From Reclinomonas americana ATCC 50394 (Eukaryota), in the NCBI GenBank assembly GCA_048213135.1, contig PS015024.1, positions 223,208-287,137 of the forward strand: a stretch of DNA of 63,930 nt, given 5' to 3'. This document shows positions 35,945 through 58,845 of the stretch, piece after piece; positions within the stretch are counted from its first letter, which is position 1; each line of letters starts with the position of its first letter. The position numbers and the translations under genes were made by a program. The notes beneath the pieces were generated by a model. It was not told where the DNA came from, made no database searches, and was given only the letters and a program-made list of their open reading frames with translations.

Positions 35945-38900
35945 ATGCAACGCCGGCAGCAGAAGCGACAAAAGCGGCCTCGCGTGGAAGAGGTCATTGA
36001 TGAAGAGCCTGCGGTTGCAGTCGTAGAAGAGGAGGAGCAAGCCGATGCCAATCACTGGCACGGTGGTGGCGACTTGCCTTGGGACGACGAGGATGACGAG
36101 GAGGAGGAGGATGGCGACTTTGAGGACGATGAGGATGATGATGACGACGACGATGCATTCAGCGACGATGTTGTCGAAGAAGAGGACGATCTGGATGCGT
36201 TGATTGAGGCGGCGGCTGCACGAGGTCCGCCATGCATGTGCACATTCACACACTTTTTTTCTTTGCGCCCCCCCACTTCATTCACACAATCCACTGTTGC
36301 TTGTGCAGCACCGGCGCGGACCGATGCCCGTGATGAGAAGCGTGTGCGTCCGGCCGAGGACGATGAGGACTCGTCGGATGATGAGACGCTGACGAATACG
36401 ATTGGCAATGTGCCGCTGGAGTGGTACGATGATTACGATCATGTGGGGTATGACGTGGCGGGCGAGCGGATTGGCAAGTCGGCCTCGAAGAAGATGGATT
36501 TGGTCGATCGGCTGCTTCGCATGCAAGATGATCCGGACTACATGTTGCGTTTTTTTCTTCCATTTGCGAACAAGAGACGAGTGTTGACTCTCTATGCATA
36601 GTCGAACTGTGTACGATGCACTGCATGATCAGGAGCATGTGTTGACGCACGAGGAGCTGGAGACGATTCTGCGCATTCGGCGTGGCCAGTTTGCGGAAAA
36701 GTCGGTCGCCACCGAGATTGTTGCGTCGCTTTTGTGCACTCTCATCAGTGTTGCATGCATGTTTTTCTCACCTCTTGCTCGCTGCAGCCTCTGTATGGCA
36801 CCGGAGAGAAAGAGTTGCATCCGCTGCGCAATGCACCGCTCAAGAAGAGCCGCTTCATCCCGTCCAAGAACGAAGGCAAGATTGTGGCGCACTACCGCAA
36901 GCTGATCCGCGAAGGCAAGATCCCGCCGTTTGAGCCCAAGCTGGATCCGGAGGCACTGGAGCAGTTGCCGACGCCTCACGATTTGTGGGGCCGTGGCTCC
37001 GACGCCAAGCTGCCGTCGTACCACGTGCCGCCGCCGAAGCTGCCGCTGCCGGGTCACGCCGAGTCGTACAATCCTCCTGCCGAGTACCTGCTGACACCCG
37101 AGGAGGAGGAAGTGTGGCGCAATCGCGATNNNNNNNNNNNNNNNNNNNNNNNNNNNNNNNNNNNNNNNNNNNNNNNNNNNNNNNNNNNNNNNNNNNNNNN
37201 NNNNNNNNNNNNNNNNNNNNNNNNNNNNNNNNNNNNNNNNNNNNNNNNNNNNNNNNNNNNNNNNNNNNNNNNNNNNNNNNNNNNNNNNNNNNNNNNNNNN
37301 NNNNNNNNNNNNNNNNNNNNNNNNNNNNNNNNNNNNNNNNNNNNNNNNNNNNNNNNNNNNNNNNNNNNNNNNNNNNNNNNNNNNNNNNNNNNNNNNNNNN
37401 NNNNNNNNNNNNNNNNNNNNNNNNNNNNNNNNNNNNNNNNNNNNNNNNNNNNNNNNNNNNNNNNNNNNNNNNNNNNNNNNNNNNNNGCAAATGAGTCTCT
37501 TCTCCATGCGGTTGTGTCACAAAAGACCAGAAATCAGAAACGCACCCGACGCCAAGTACTGTCCATTGGGCGACACAGCCAGAGCGCGCACCATGCCAGT
37601 GTGTCCTTTGAATCTAACGCTCAGCTTGGTGGGGAACGGCTTCAGCTCGTTAACGTCAGGCAGCTCCGGGAAGAGCTGCTTGAACGGCGTGTAGGTGCGC
37701 GTCTTTTGCACACGCGGGCACAGGTACAAATCGAGGCACCGCTCAAATCGCTCCTTGACAAGGTTCCTGTAGGACGGCAGCAGACGCAGGGAGGTGTGCT
37801 TGCGCGGCAAGAAGTTGGTCTGCCTCTTGCTGGGNNNNNNNNNNNNNNNNNNNNNNNNNNNNNNNNNNNNNNNNNNNNNNNNNNNNNNNNNNNNNNNNNN
37901 NNNNNNNNNNNNNNNNNNNNNNNNNNNNNNNNNNNNNNNNNNNNNNNNNNNNNNNNNNNNNNNNNNNNNNNNNNNNNNNNNNNNNNNNNNNNNNNNNNNN
38001 NNNNATTCACAGGTGGCGATGATTGCACGCTGCGATTATGGGAGGTGCGCACGGGTCGGTGCTTGCGCATGTGGCGCGCAAAGGACGTGGTGCAGTGTGT
38101 TGAGTTCCATCCGCTGGCCACTGTTCCGCTGTTGGTGGCTGGTGTCGACACGGGTGAGTGGTAGCCGATGACTGTTTGTGTGTGTGTCCGGGAGGTGCGA
38201 TGATGGCTCACGCTTTCGCGGTGCAGATCTCGTCTTCTTTGACAGCAAGATCGGCAATGCCGACTGCCGTGAACGCGTGCTCTCTGTGGCCCGTGCGGCG
38301 CGACAGGAGATTCCGACCGGCCAGCGACCGGTGGCAGAGTGGATTTCGCACCTGGACGGGTCGGTGGCGCCAGAGGCTGCCGCCGAGGGCCCGAGCGACG
38401 GACAACGTAACCAGTGGCGTGAATTGGAACCACTGTTCACCATTCGCCACGAGTTCAAGCTTCGCCAAGTCACCTTCCATCACAAGGGCGACTACCTCGC
38501 CGCTGTGTGCCCCGACGCCAACACTCGCGGTGTGGTGATTCATCACCTCGGCAAGCGCCAGAGCCAGTGCCCATTCAAGAAGACCAAGGGCCAAGTGCAG
38601 GTGAGCACACGCGCCCACATAACATGCATATCGTATCGTTGCTGATCACCCTCTCTCTTTCTCTGTCTCTTGCACACTCGCAGCAAGTTGCCTTCCACCC
38701 CACCGAGCCACGCTTCTTTGTGGCCACGCAAAAGTTTGTGCGTATCTACGACCTGGTCAAGCAGGAGTTGGTGAAGCGACTGCAGCCGGGCGTGCGCTAC
38801 ATTTCCAGGTTTCGTCCCCGTGATTTGCCACCAGCTACTGTCGGTGGGCTGTTAATCCTCACCTGGGTGCGTGTGTGTGTGCATGCAGTCTGGATGTGCA

Positions 38901-39325
38901 TCCGGGTGGCGAGAATGTGCTGTTGGGCTCGTACGATCGCAAAGTGGTGTGGTTCGACACGGAGCTCAGCTCGCAGCCTTACCGCACCATGCGTCACCAC
39001 AAGGAGGCTGTCCGTGCGGTGCGTGCGGATGCGTGTGTATCGTTTTCATTATTTAGAGCAGATGACTGATGTCTTGCTGTTGCAGGTGGCATACCACCGT
39101 CGGTTACCGCTGTTCGCCACGTGCAGTGACGACTTGGCGCTCAACATTTTCCACGGCATGGTGTACTCGGATCTGTTGCAAAACCCGCTGATTGTGCCCG
39201 TCAAGCGCATTCGTCAGGGTCACATGCGTGCCGAGGACATGGGTCTCTTGGTGTGCAAGTGGCACCCACACCAGCCGTGGATCTTCACTGGCGGTGCTGA
39301 TTTCATGATCAATCTGTACTCGTGA
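35945..39325 (+). CDS. BOP1: Ribosome biogenesis protein BOP1/Erb1 (WD40); internal contig 37487-37833 is inverted
   Basis: DSSDDE..NTIGNVPLEWYDDYDHVGYD and PPKLPLPGHAESYNPPAEYL. The inverted piece encodes ERFERCLDLYLCPR...ELKPFPT...FKGHTG. C-terminal YSDLLQNPLIVPVK...WHPHQPWIFTGGAD. Confidence 0.97.
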
Positions 39326-39450
39326 GCCTCGTCAGTGAGTACACAATAACCCTACGCCACTTAAACAACAACAACATCAACAGTTTATTCGTTCACCTCT
39401 TTGCGACAGAGGTTTATAATTATATTGTGGATTGCAGCAAATTATCATTA

Positions 39451-50449
<10,999 letters not shown>

Positions 50450-50529
50450 CTTCAACGCACGATGCGTCCGATCGATGATGAATGATGAGTCATGTGTCAC
50501 GCGCGCGCGCTTTTTGTGTGATCGCATCG

Positions 50530-51637
50530 ATGAGTGTTCATCACTGCGCCTACGTTTTTGACTGGTGTGTGTATGTGTGCCACGTGATCTGCACATGTCA
50601 AGGCGTGAGTGTTGACTGTCTCTTCTCCAGTTTGCTGTACGAGTTGGGTCCGGTACACCCAACGATCAAGGACCTGGTCGATGTGAGCCCTCCACACCCA
50701 CAGTTCGATGTGAGCATGTGGCCTACTGCTGCTCCTCCTCCTCCTCCTCCTCCACTGTCTCAGTCACGAACTGATGTGCGTTGATGTGTGTGTTTGTGTG
50801 AGGATAGGATCATTTGACCGAATCGCCGCTGTTTGTCACGTTCAAGAAGCGAGCGAGCAGCAAGCGACACCATCGGCATCGCCGAGATGACAGTGAAGAG
50901 TGGGAACTGCGGGTTGCGTCCAACTCACGGTCTATTCTTGTCTACACTCTTGCGCGCTCAACACCGTGCGACAGGGATGCATCGGAACCTTCTCTCCGCT
51001 GCCACTGGGCGAAGGACTGCGACAGTACACGGTGCAGAGGTGCGCACTCGCACAGGTTCAGTTGGAGTTGGAGGTGTGCGTGCTCATGCCATGACGCAGT
51101 GCTTTCCGAGATCGGCGATTCGATCCGATTGAGGCGAACGAGGTCGAGGACCTCGCCGTGAACGTGTCCATTCTCACCGATTTTGAGCCGGCGGCGCATG
51201 TGTACGACTGGGAGGTGTGTGCGTGTGCGACAAGAGTACGCACGCAATTTCCGAGTTGTCTTTTTCTTACCTGGCGTCTCTTGCTGCTGCAGATTGGTCG
51301 ACATGGCGTGTGGATGGAGTTCAAGCTCGGATCGCGCTCCACCACGGCCACGTACTTGCCGGAGATCGCAGCCGAGCAGGGTTGGGATCACGAGAAGACG
51401 GTGAGCTATGGCGTTTTCGTGTATGATGATGCCCTTTCGTCGAGCTCGTGCTTATGCATGTATGTATGTGTGTGTGCACAGATCGAGTCGCTGTTCAGGA
51501 AGGGCGGCTTCCGAGACCGCATCACGCGCGAGGTGCTGGAATCGGCGATTGTGACGCGCTACCAGAGCCAGAAGCGCTCGTTGACGTGGGACGAGTACAT
51601 GCAACTCAAGCGCCAAAGCATGGCGCCTGCCACATGA
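50530..51637 (+). CDS. AMMECR1: AMMECR1 family protein
   Basis: HCAYVFDCL, SPLFVTFKK, ELRGCIGTFSPLPLGEGLRQY, NVSILTDFE, DWEIGRHGVWMEF, TATYLPEIAAEQGWD and ESLFRKGG...TRYQSQK. Confidence 0.93.
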
Positions 51638-51979
51638 GAAAATCCCCAGCAAAGAGAGGCAACGATGGAGAAACGGCTGTAGAACAATTGTGCATCTGTG
51701 TAAAGCGAATGTGTGTGGCTCGACGGTGGCAACGAATGATCCGCGCATCGTAGTTGAATCTTTGTCCTCTTTGTTTGTTTTTTTGATCCGCGACGCGTAA
51801 GTCACCTCCTCCAATGACCAAGCGACCACTGCCTCCCATTGCCATTGCCGCCGGCCTCACTGGCTGGGTGGCCGTTGGTGAGTGCGAGTGTGTGTGTGAG
51901 AGAGAGCGCGCGCACACGTCATCACATCGCTCACTCGCATGCATGCGCAGCCACTCCGGCACCCTACTCATTCATCGCC

Positions 51980-53324
51980 ATGGGCTTCTTGCTCGGCCTC
52001 TTTGTCATGTTTGTCAACAGCCTCATCTCCTCCACCTCTTCCTCCTCATCGTCATCGTCATCTGCATCATCGACAACAGCAGCAGCAGGTGCGCGACAGA
52101 ATCCCGCGACTTATTGTAGAAAAAGATGCACTGATGCGCTGCTTGTGTTGTTGCATCTCAGCATCGTCACCAGCAGCACAAGCCGAGGCCAAGCAGCTGT
52201 CTACCGAAGAGCAGCGTCGTCTGCAGCAAGCGTACGAGCCGAACTTTGATGTGATTGCCGAGGCCTTCCGGCAGGTGCAGCACCGGATCACGCGTTTCCT
52301 GGCCGAGGCCACGGGCGAGGAGCCGCGCGAGGAGATCTGGGAGTACGAGAAGGGCGAGGGCGGTGGCCGCACTCGTGTGTGGGAGGGCGGCGCCAATCTG
52401 GAAAAGGGCGGCGTCAACTTTTCCGCCATTCGTGGACAGCAGCTGCCCGGATCGGCACTGGCGTCGCGAGTTGCGCCCCTTTCTGTCTGTTTCTCTCTCT
52501 CTCTCTCTCTCGCACAGTGGTGCTGACTGCAGTGGCTTGCAGCTCAACGTCAGCGCGACGACGCCGTTTGGCGCCACGGGCGTCAGCATTGTGATTCATC
52601 CGCGCAACCCGTGGGTGCCGACGATTCACATGAACATTCGGTACTTTGAGACGGGGCAGAAGTGGTGGTTTGGCGGCGGCATCGACCTCACCCCGTACTG
52701 CGTCAAGTCGCGTGCCGACGTGGCCAACTTCCATGGGGCGATGCGCGACGTCTGCAACGCCCACGGCATGGACTATGCGGCGCTGAAGAAGACCGCCGAC
52801 GACTACTTTACGATTACGCATCGCCAGGAGATGCGTGGCGCAGGTGCGGCGGGGCACTACACACACATGCACATTCTGTTGCTTGTGTGTGGCGGTGACT
52901 CACTCTCCCCCTCGTGTTACGTGCAGGTGGCATCTTTTACGACAATCTGAGCACGGATCGCGTCGCCAACTTTGACTTTTGTGTGGCGGTGGGCGACACA
53001 TTTATCCGCGCCTACCGACCCTTCCTGGAGGCGTCACGGCTGTCGCTGCAGTACACGCCGCGCCAGCGTGAATGGCAGCTGCTGCGCCGCGGACGCTACG
53101 TGGAATTCAACCTGGTGTACGATCGCGGCACCAAGTTCGGCCTGGAGAGCAACGGCCGCACGGAGAGCATTCTGATGTCGCTGCCGACCGAGGCGCGGTG
53201 GTGGTACGGCGGCCAGCTGCCGCAGAACCTCGCCGCGGGCACATCCGAGTGGAACGAGCGCCACGAGGCCGAGATGCGCGAGGTCTACTTCCAGCCGCAC
53301 GACTGGGTCGCCGAGCTGAAGTAA
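51980..53324 (+). CDS. hemF: Oxygen-dependent coproporphyrinogen III oxidase
   Basis: [62 protein letters not shown] and [33 protein letters not shown]. Confidence 0.97.
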
Positions 53325-53464
53325 CCTCCATTCGCGCGCACACCCCACACATCCACACAACTTACTACAGTAGACAATGAACAGACGGACACATACGTAA
53401 AAGAAAAAAGAACAACAGTCGACTACAATTCTCGGGCCGAGGAAAAAAAGGTTTAAAGTTCGCA

Positions 53465-54775
53465 TCATCGGAGGAACCGCTGGCACTGCCGGATGCACTG
53501 CAGCGATACGGATAAGAAAAAAAGTGGCTGATGTGGGTGGACGAAGAGTGTGGAAGCAACCTTCGTGGCCTCGATCACTAGTGGATGATGCGCGGCATCG
53601 TCGCCGAGGATTTTCTGGTGTAAACTAACCGAGCGGTCAAACAGACGCACGGCTTTGCGGAACTCTCTTCTCGCCTGCACAATGAGTCCTGTGTGCGCGC
53701 GAGAGAGAGAGAGAAGGTGAGCAACAACGACGCGGGGGAACGGTGCAGTGGCGATGAGGCAGACCGATATTATAGACCGCCTTGGCATACTCGAGATGGG
53801 AGGTCCCGTAGTGGCGCTTGCGAATCTCCAGCACACGACCCTGCACGACGCACGACACACTGAGAATAATCGCATGGGAGACAAGGCGTGAACGGCCGCG
53901 AGACGAACTTGCAACACGAGTGCCTCCTGCAAGAGCGACAGTCAGCAGCATCGCACAAGGGAGAGAATGAGACAACAACGACACCCCACCTCCAGCTCAT
54001 TGGCATCGCGCTTGATGCTGGCCATGTTCTCCAGCGTGACGGCCGTCAGCGGACTGCCCTGGCCGAGGATCTTTTCACGGATGCGCACCGACATGGTGTA
54101 GTCCTTTAGTGCCTCCTCTGTGTTGCCGAGTTGGTCCATGCTGCATGCGGCGGCGCGTCAGGAACGATCAGGTTGACAAGTGAATGGATAGCAAGCGACA
54201 ACGCAACACGACGCCATGGTTGTGTCTCACGTCGGCCAGGATTAACCGATCGTGGCCGACCAGATCTGCTCATGCATCTGTAAGCATCTCATGGTCTCAC
54301 ACTGTACTGCAAGCACACGCAACGTTCTCCCAGATCCAAACATCGCTCAAACATGCGCAGCGCCTCCTGCAGCTCGCCATTCCCGAGATACAAGTGCCCC
54401 ACATCTGCAAACACAACAAACAGTAAGCACCTCGTGGACGACGAACACTCACAGTGTGTCCCGAGCGCAACACCCAACTGAGGTACACCGACAGCAGCTT
54501 CGGGTTCTCCTTGCCATAAATCTCCTCCATGGTATCCAAACACGAGTTGTACATCTCCAACGCCGCATCGATCGTGCCACACGAGTGATACGCGTTGCCA
54601 AGACCCAGGAAACTATGACGCACATCAACACACACACAAGGCGTGCCAGCGANNNNNNNNNNNNNNNNNNNNAGATGGGTTACGGGCTGCGGATGCAATT
54701 TCGCCAGCGGTGACCCTTCGTACACAATCACGCACACACACAGGATGGCGAGGTTCGTGGCATTGCCTGCATTGC
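53465..54775 (-). CDS. TPR-repeat protein (kinesin light chain / nephrocystin-3-type 42-aa TPRs); start unresolved
   Basis: Repeated units such as LGLGNAYHSCG...ALEMY...EEIYGKENP, NHGVVMDQLGNTEEALKDYTMSVRIREKILGQGSP and LEIRKRHYGTSHLEYAKAVYNIG. Confidence 0.8.
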
Positions 54776-54987
54776 AGCGTCTGTCTGTGTGTGTCAGTGT
54801 GTGCGTGCTTGTGGGAGCTGACTGTTGTGTTTTCCGTGTGGGTACAGTTCAAGTGGGACAAGGGCAAAGTCGCCAGAAAAGGAGGAGGTTTGTGTGTGGT
54901 GCATGCGCATGTGTGTGTGCGCGGGAGACAGCGAGGCAGCAGTGGCAGCAGCAGTGAGGAGGCGTCATGTCGCGCGACATCTTGACC

Positions 54988-56361
54988 ATGGTGCACACAC
55001 TCTCTTGTGCATTCACACACACTCTGGCGAGCACACACACACCCCACAGATGAGAGAGAGGAAGACACAGCATGCATCCTCTTGTCTCATTGTGTGTTGA
55101 TTTGTGTGTGTGTGTGTGTGTGATTAGCCGACTGAGGAGGAGAAGTTTGCGACTGGACCTCTGAAGCTGCTGACCGAGGCGGTGAAGAACAACACGCAAG
55201 TGCTGATCAACTGCCGCAACAACCGCAAGATCCTTGCGCGAGTCAAGGCGTTTGATCGACACTGCAATATGGTGCTGGAGAGTGTGCATGAGGCGTGGAC
55301 AGAGATGCCAAAGAGCGGCAAGGGCAAGAAGAAGGCGCAGGNNNNNNNNNNNNNNNNNNNNNNNNNNNNNNNNNNNNNNNNNNNNNNNNNNNNNNNNNNN
55401 NNNNNNNNNNNNNNNNNNNNNNNNNNNNNNNNNNNNNNNNNNNNNNNNNNNNNNNNNNNNNNNNNNNNNNNNNNNNNNNNNNNNNNNNNNNNNNNNNNNN
55501 NNNNNNNNNNNNNNNNNNNNNNNNNNNNNNNNNNNNNNNNNNNNNNNNNNNNNNNNNNNNNNNNNNNNNNNNNNNNNNNNNNNNNNNNNNNNNNNNNNNN
55601 NNNNNNNNNNNNNNNNNNNNNNNNNNNNNNNNNNNNNNNNNNNNNNNNNNNNNNNNNNNNNNNNNNNNNNNNNNNNNNNNNNNNNNNNNNNNNNNNNNNN
55701 NNNNNNNNNNNNNNNNNNNNNNNNNNNNNNNNNNNNNNNNNNNNNNNNNNNNNNNNNNNNNNNNNNNNNNNNNNNNNNNNNNNNNNNNNNNNNNNNNNNN
55801 NNNNNNNNNNNNNNNNNNNNNNNNNNNNNNNNNNNNNNNNNNNNNNNNNNNNNNNNNNNNNNNNNNNNNNNNNNNNNNNNNNNNNNNNNNNNNNNNNNNN
55901 NNNNNNNNNNNNNNNNNNNNNNNNNNNNNNNNNNNNNNNNNNNNNNNNNNNNNNNNNNNNNNNNNNNNNNNNNNNNNNNNNNNNNNNNNNNNNNNNNNNN
56001 NNNNNNNNNNNNNNNNNNNNNNNNNNNNNNNNNNNNNNNNNNNNNNNNNNNNNNNNNNNNNNNNNNNNNNNNNNNNNNNNNNNNNNNNNNNNNNNNNNNN
56101 NNNNNNNNNNNNNNNNNNNNNNNNNNNNNNNNNNNNNNNNNNNNNNNNNNNNNNNNNNNNNNNNNNNNNNNNNNNNNNNNNNNNNNNNNNNNNNNNNNNN
56201 NNNNNNNNNNNNNNNNNNNNNNNNNNNNNNNNNNNNNNNNNNNNNNNNNNNNNNNNNNNNNNNNNNTCCCTCCCTTCTCTCCCCCCTTTCAGGACCGGTT
56301 CATCAGCAAAATGTTCCTCCGAGGCGACTCAGTCATTGTGGTGCTCCGCAATCCGAAATGA
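54988..56361 (+). CDS. SNRPD2: Small nuclear ribonucleoprotein Sm D2
   Basis: [48 protein letters not shown]...[22 protein letters not shown]. Interrupted by a gap, and the first exon is tentative. Confidence 0.97.
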
Positions 56362-56471
56362 GCGCCTGCAGTTATTTTCCCTGGCTATTCAGTGTGTGTG
56401 TGTGCGCGCGCGTGTGTGTCGGCAGAAAAATACATGGAGTGAGAGCGCGGTGTGTTGGTTCTTGTCGTGTT

Positions 56472-57794
56472 TTACTTGAGTTTGGCTGCATTTTTGTCGT
56501 GCTCGGGTGTTGGTGAGTGTTGCCGTGTGGTCGACGAGACCAACGGGGTGGTGTCCGAGTTGGCACCCGCTGCATCGTCGGCGGAGGGTGTCATCGAGGC
56601 CAGATGGCCGCGATAGTAGCCCGGCGGGAAGTGTGGAACGTGATCCGACGCTTGGCGCACAGGGAAGAAGCAGCCGTCACCTGGCAGGTCGGAGTTGGTT
56701 CCAGGCCACCACCACCACCACGGGTTCTCGCCGAGCGCTCCGCGCAGATTGTGCAGGTAGCCGACGTGGTAGGGATTGGCAGTCTGTTGGGGCGAGAGGC
56801 GTGAGGCGAGAGACACCCTTGACATACAGAGATGGAGAGAGTGGGCAGGCACGCAACCAGGTGGTAGCGTTGTCGCAGCTTGGTCCTCCAGCCCTTGTCC
56901 ATCGACTCGATGGTGGTGATGTTGCGGAAGAGCAGTGAGAAGTGGTAGCCCCCAAAGCCGCCCAGGGTCAGCGCAAAAATAATGGCGATGAAGAAGGCCA
57001 GCACCACATTCACAATCGACAGTGGTTCCAGTGGTTCCGGGAACGGTTGCTGCGCGGCGGGAACGAGCGCGTGTGAGGACGAGCTGGTGGACTCGCTCAG
57101 AGAGAGACACACACAGACAGACAGACCCCTGGTGCTGGTGGCGTAAACACGGCATACTCCAGCGAAATGGCATACAAAAAATCGCGGAACAGCGTCGCCG
57201 CAATGTAGGCACCGAGCAGCGCCGAGTACATCAGGAACTGGAAGAAGAACTTGGTGTTGTAGAAACCGACACAGTTGTTCACCCACGCTGCGTCGTATAA
57301 CGAGATCGATGAGAGTGCTGCTCACTGGCGACGGCGGCGGCGGCGGCTGCTGAGAGAAGCGCACGCAACGACAGTGGTGATCCATCTTGAGCACACATCG
57401 CTCGCACGAGCTGCAGTGATGCGCGCGATCGGGCTTCGGCACAGATCGCACCAGGGGCCGCTCCAAATCCCGCCCACTCTCATCCTTGTGCAGCACGATC
57501 GGATGGCACTTGGAGCACACACGATGTGCGCCATCAAAACGCCGCTCGATTTGCGACATCTGCCGCCGGCCTGGTCAACACAACACAACGATCATTCATC
57601 ATCAGAGCACATCAACTCACCACCACACGCTCCTGTCCCGTGGACGACGACGATGATGACGACTCCTCCACCGTCTTGGCGTTCACCGGTTGCACTGGCG
57701 GCGGCGGCGTTCCGTGCGATCCAGCATGCGATGGGCTTGCGAGAGGTGAGCAGATCGTCGACACAGGCATCGCACAGCACGCATGCATGTAATC
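56472..57794 (-). CDS. DHHC palmitoyltransferase, 5' TM exons missing at the gap
   Basis: CSKC...[43 protein letters not shown] helices, NITTIE and [16 protein letters not shown]. Confidence 0.95.
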
Positions 57795-57818
57795 NNNNNN
57801 NNNNNNNNNNNNNNAAAA

Positions 57819-58518
57819 TCACGATTGTGGTGCCTGTGGTGGCGATTGTGCCGCTGGCGACGAAGGCACAGTGGCGGTGGCCGTGAGCCGCGTCGTCTGA
57901 TTGCTGGAGCTGTCGAGGGCGACTTGCACCTCAAACACATCAACGTCCTTCTCCCGGCGCACTGTGCGGCACATCGGACGCAGAAGGAGGAGGAGGAGGC
58001 GAAGGGGAACAAGGAACAGGATGCGACGGAGTACACACAGGCACAGACAAGCAGACAGACGACCAACGAGCTAGCTCGCGTTGGTGAGGCAAGAACAACA
58101 CGTGCATGCAATGAAGAGCGCACAACGAGCGACTCACCCGAGATCACCATGTCATCCGAGCGGATCGGCACGTATCGCTACACACAGCAAAACACTCAGC
58201 GGAAGAAGAACGCGTGAACAAGATAGAGATGTAACGCAACAGACACCACTCGCAACAAGTCCGACTGCAACGATTGCACATCAACACCCTCCAGCACAGA
58301 CGCTGGAGACAACCCCGCATGAGCACACTCAGCCTACTTGCCTGTGCCTCCCTTTCCGTCTCACCTCCTCTCTGTTGTGATAATATGATATGAAGTCTCT
58401 CCTTGGCCACTCGCCCACTGCCACTCCTCGCGGCGGCCGAGGCTGCTGCTGAGGCCGCTGCTGCAGCTGGTCCATTGAACGCACCTCCGAACAACCTTGC
58501 CACCAAGTCTCTCACCAT
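57819..58518 (-). CDS. minE: Nuclear-encoded cell-division topological specificity factor MinE (probably mitochondrial), 4 exons
   Basis: Exons 58518-58365, 58302-58241, 58177-58138 and 57961-57819 splice via GT-AG to MVRDLVARLFGG...SGRVAKERLHIILSQQRGASVLEGVDVQSLQSDLLRVVSRYVPIRSDDMVISVRREKDVDVFEVQVAL.... This matches the MinE pattern AKERL.II...R / LQ.DLL.V..Y / .LE.NV.L. Confidence 0.88.
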
Positions 58519-58845
58519 CTACATCCCAAGGAAATGATAAGAAGGGGNNNNNNNNNNNNNNNNNNNNAACTCGTCTCCCTCGTCTTTTTGTTGTTCTTTA
58601 TCGCCCACACATGCGTTTGTGTTTTTATGAAAGGCGCGGTGTGTGTTGTGTTGTGTTGCACTTGAGAGGATTATTTCACTTAACCACCTCACACGCACAC
58701 ATCGACTCAAGGCATGCCACCCACCCACCCACCAACCCCCTTCCCAACGACCAGCAAAACATCCGACATGCATGAAAGCAGAAAAAATAATGGAGAGCAG
58801 AAGAAGCAACGGACTGAGAAAGCAGCGCAACGGCATCACGCCGCG

